DNA of 38,556 bases from Candidatus Bathyarchaeota archaeon B24-2 (GTDB lineage: Archaea > Thermoproteota > Bathyarchaeia > Bathyarchaeales > B24-2), in contig PCNA01000017.1 of the NCBI GenBank assembly GCA_002490245.1, positions 1-38,556 of the forward strand. The letters run 5' to 3'. Made by a program: the position numbers and the translations under genes. Below are positions 36,488 to 38,556 of this stretch, one piece after another (the stretch's first letter is position 1; each line of letters begins with the position of its first letter). Under the pieces are notes generated by a model. The model saw only the letters and a program-made list of their open reading frames with translations, ran no database searches and was not told the DNA's origin.

Positions 36488-37906
36488 CTACCCCTTAAAC
36501 TTCCATCTGGTTCCGGAAGCCGAATCCTCTATGACGAAGCCCAGCTCTTCGAGCTTCGACCTTATGAAGTCCGCGGTCTCGTAGTCTCTACGTCTCCTCA
36601 GAACGTTCCTTACCTCGAGTATCAGCTCGACTAGCTTGGGGGAGAGGCCTTGAACCTCCTTCTCTTCCACCTTGGTCTCTATGCCCAGTACACCGTCTAG
36701 GAGTTCTTCTATCACTTTTAACACTCTCCCTTTAGTTTCGCGGGAAACGCCTTCACGTGAACCTGTGAACTCGTTGAGCTCGCTTATGAAGTCGAAGATC
36801 GCTGCCAAGGCTTTCGGCGTGTTGAAGTCGTCGTCCATGGCTTCCTCGAACCTACGTCTTAAATCCTCCACGTGGGCTAGAAGTTCTTTCTCCCCCTCCA
36901 CCTGAGTCTCTAGCTCTCTTAGCCGCCTGAAAGCCTGTATAGAGGACCTTATCTTCTCTAGGTTTCTTCTAGCCTGCTCGATCGTTCTCTCGTTGAAGTC
37001 TATCGGGCTCCTATAGTGGGCGGAGATGAGGAACATCCTCAAGGTTTGGGCGCCATACTTGGAGACGGCGTCCCTAACCGTAATAAAGTTGCCTAGGGAC
37101 TTGGACATCTTCTCGCCGTTTATCGTCAACCACTCGTTGTGGAGCCAGTATCTGGCTAGGGGCTTGCCTGAAGCAGCCTCGGACTGCGCTATCTCGTTCT
37201 CGTGATGTGGAAATATCAGGTCTTTGCCTCCCGCATGTATGTCGAAGGTTTCGCCGAGGTATATCGAGGACATGACGGAGCACTCTATATGCCAGCCCGG
37301 CCTTCCGGGACCCCATGGACTATACCAGAAAGGCTCGCCGGGTTTCCGGCTCTTCCAGAGGGCGAAGTCTGCAGGGTTCCTCTTGTTCGGGTCTACCTCG
37401 ACCCTAGCGCCCTTGATGAGGGACTCTACTTTGACTCCGGAGAGCTTCCCGTATTCAGGGAACTTCGTTACGTCGTAGTAGACGTTACCCTCTACTACGT
37501 AGGCGTACCCCTTCTCTATGAGCTTCTCTATCAGCGCTATCATCTCGCCTATATGCTGCGTAGCCCTCGGGTTCACGTCGGCCTTCTTCACTCTTAAAGC
37601 CTTCAAGTCCTCGAAGTATGCCTCCGTGTATAGCTCGCCTAGCTGCTGTAGGGTTATGTTCAGCTCCTTAGCCCTTCTGATCGTCTTGTCGTCCACGTCG
37701 GTTATGTTGCTGACGAACTTAACCTTAAACCCCTTATACTCTAGGTAACGTCTCACCACGTCGAACGCAACGAAAGACCTAGCGTTACCTATGTGAATGT
37801 AGTCGTATACGGTCGGCCCGCAGACGTAGATGCGGACCTCACCGGGCCTGAGTGGGTGGAAGGGCTCCTTCCTCTTCGTCAACGTATTGTATACCATCAG
37901 AGGCAA
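36488..37906 (-). CDS. cysS: Cysteinyl-tRNA synthetase (class I)
   Basis: CGPTVY, HIGN, GRPGWHIEC, FPHHENE, KMSKS. Confidence 0.98.
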   Translation of the reverse strand: MPLMVYNTLTKRKEPFHPLRPGEVRIYVCGPTVYDYIHIGNARSFVAFDVVRRYLEYKGFKVKFVSNITDVDDKTIRRAKELNITLQQLGELYTEAYFEDLKALRVKKADVNPRATQHIGEMIALIEKLIEKGYAYVVEGNVYYDVTKFPEYGKLSGVKVESLIKGARVEVDPNKRNPADFALWKSRKPGEPFWYSPWGPGRPGWHIECSVMSSIYLGETFDIHAGGKDLIFPHHENEIAQSEAASGKPLARYWLHNEWLTINGEKMSKSLGNFITVRDAVSKYGAQTLRMFLISAHYRSPIDFNERTIEQARRNLEKIRSSIQAFRRLRELETQVEGEKELLAHVEDLRRRFEEAMDDDFNTPKALAAIFDFISELNEFTGSREGVSRETKGRVLKVIEELLDGVLGIETKVEEKEVQGLSPKLVELILEVRNVLRRRRDYETADFIRSKLEELGFVIEDSASGTRWKFKG

Positions 37907-38018
37907 ACCTTACACCTGCAAGTCCATGCCTAACCCATAATACCTATAAGGTAGGATTAAAATCTGTCTAAAAACCGTTTAGGTTTAAACCTTCCGTTAG
38001 GAAGTCTTCTCAAAGCCG

Positions 38019-38144
38019 TCAGAACACGCTTCTTTCAAGATTCGTATACGTTGTGGTTTTAACGTGTTTGCTCGCCTTTCTTCGCAGGGTCTTGTCTTCT
38101 GTCACCAACGGCACGAGCGCTGAAGCGTCTAGAAGATACTTCAA
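38019..38144 (-). pseudogene. Internally deleted PIN/VapC toxin (41 aa)
   Basis: The TTG start overlaps the antitoxin stop (TTGA). Translation: MKYLLDASALVPLVTEDKTLRRKASKHVKTTTYTNLERSVF*. Confidence 0.8.
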
Positions 38145-38371
38145 TATGATTCCCTATCCTGACGTACTAGGTCGGCTATCAGCTCGGGGTTTATCTTATC
38201 GCTTAAGCGTTTCCTGAGAGCCTCAAGTCTCTCAGCGAGACCTCTCATCTCAAGTTCGGAGAGATACTCGGATAGGAGCCTCCTCACGGTTTCGCTCACA
38301 TTCACATCATACTTCTCAAGTTTCTTCTTAATCTCATCGGGAACCCGAACGGTTATGATGGCCACCCGCAT
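38141..38371 (-). CDS. Ribbon-helix-helix antitoxin (VapB/CcdA-like)
   Basis: IITVRVPDEIKKKL...VNVSETVR; C-terminal LVRQDRE. Confidence 0.85.
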   Translation of the reverse strand: MRVAIITVRVPDEIKKKLEKYDVNVSETVRRLLSEYLSELEMRGLAERLEALRKRLSDKINPELIADLVRQDRESY

Positions 38372-38556
38372 ACACCGTAATATAATTAATTAATGAGTGA
38401 TGTACGGTTATAAATCTGCAACTTTGCTTTACATTTACCGCAATTATTCTAAGGTTAGCGCTAAAACAACGATTTAGAAGTGAATGTAGCAAATTAACCC
38501 CGCTTCAAACTCATTACCACAGGAATATTCGAAAACCCGTAGAACTACACCCTTTT

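Noticed and set aside
37981-37992. Perfect palindrome AGGTTTAAACCT
   Set aside because: AGGTTTA-type words recur in many intergenic regions here and no function can be supported.
1-38556. CRISPR array, rRNA, transposase or integrase
   Set aside because: No regularly spaced repeats, rRNA sequence or recombinase motifs were seen.

Overview
Archaeal chromosomal segment. Gene content and order suggest a TACK lineage, probably Bathyarchaeia (inference). From left to right: the start of a CODH/ACS operon (cdhA-cdhB-cdhC, cdhC cut by the window edge); a stand-alone Lrp/AsnC domain; a ~250-nt intergenic stretch that folds like a structured RNA; the rps13-rps4-rps11-rpoD-rpl18e-rpl13-rps9 operon, with rpoD frameshifted; a 704-aa transglutaminase-like protein; tRNA-Arg(CCT) with two introns; an MNT-HEPN pair; a radical SAM enzyme; mpg; a coiled-coil surface transglutaminase-like protein; a sugar/sugar-acid catabolic cluster; tfb; a tandem GNAT plus M28 peptidase pair; tRNA-Gln(CTG) followed by an AT-rich accessory islet (antitoxin-PIN pair, small ORF, methyltransferase); HpcH aldolase; HTH-riboflavin kinase; an enolase-superfamily dehydratase; a nitrilase-family hydrolase; ahcY; apgM; tsaA; cysS; and an antitoxin whose PIN toxin is internally deleted. 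The best candidates for something undescribed are the structured intergenic RNA at ~4527-4778, the two transglutaminase-like proteins and the GNAT-peptidase operon. No database searches or folding programs were run; all assignments come from motif recognition by eye.
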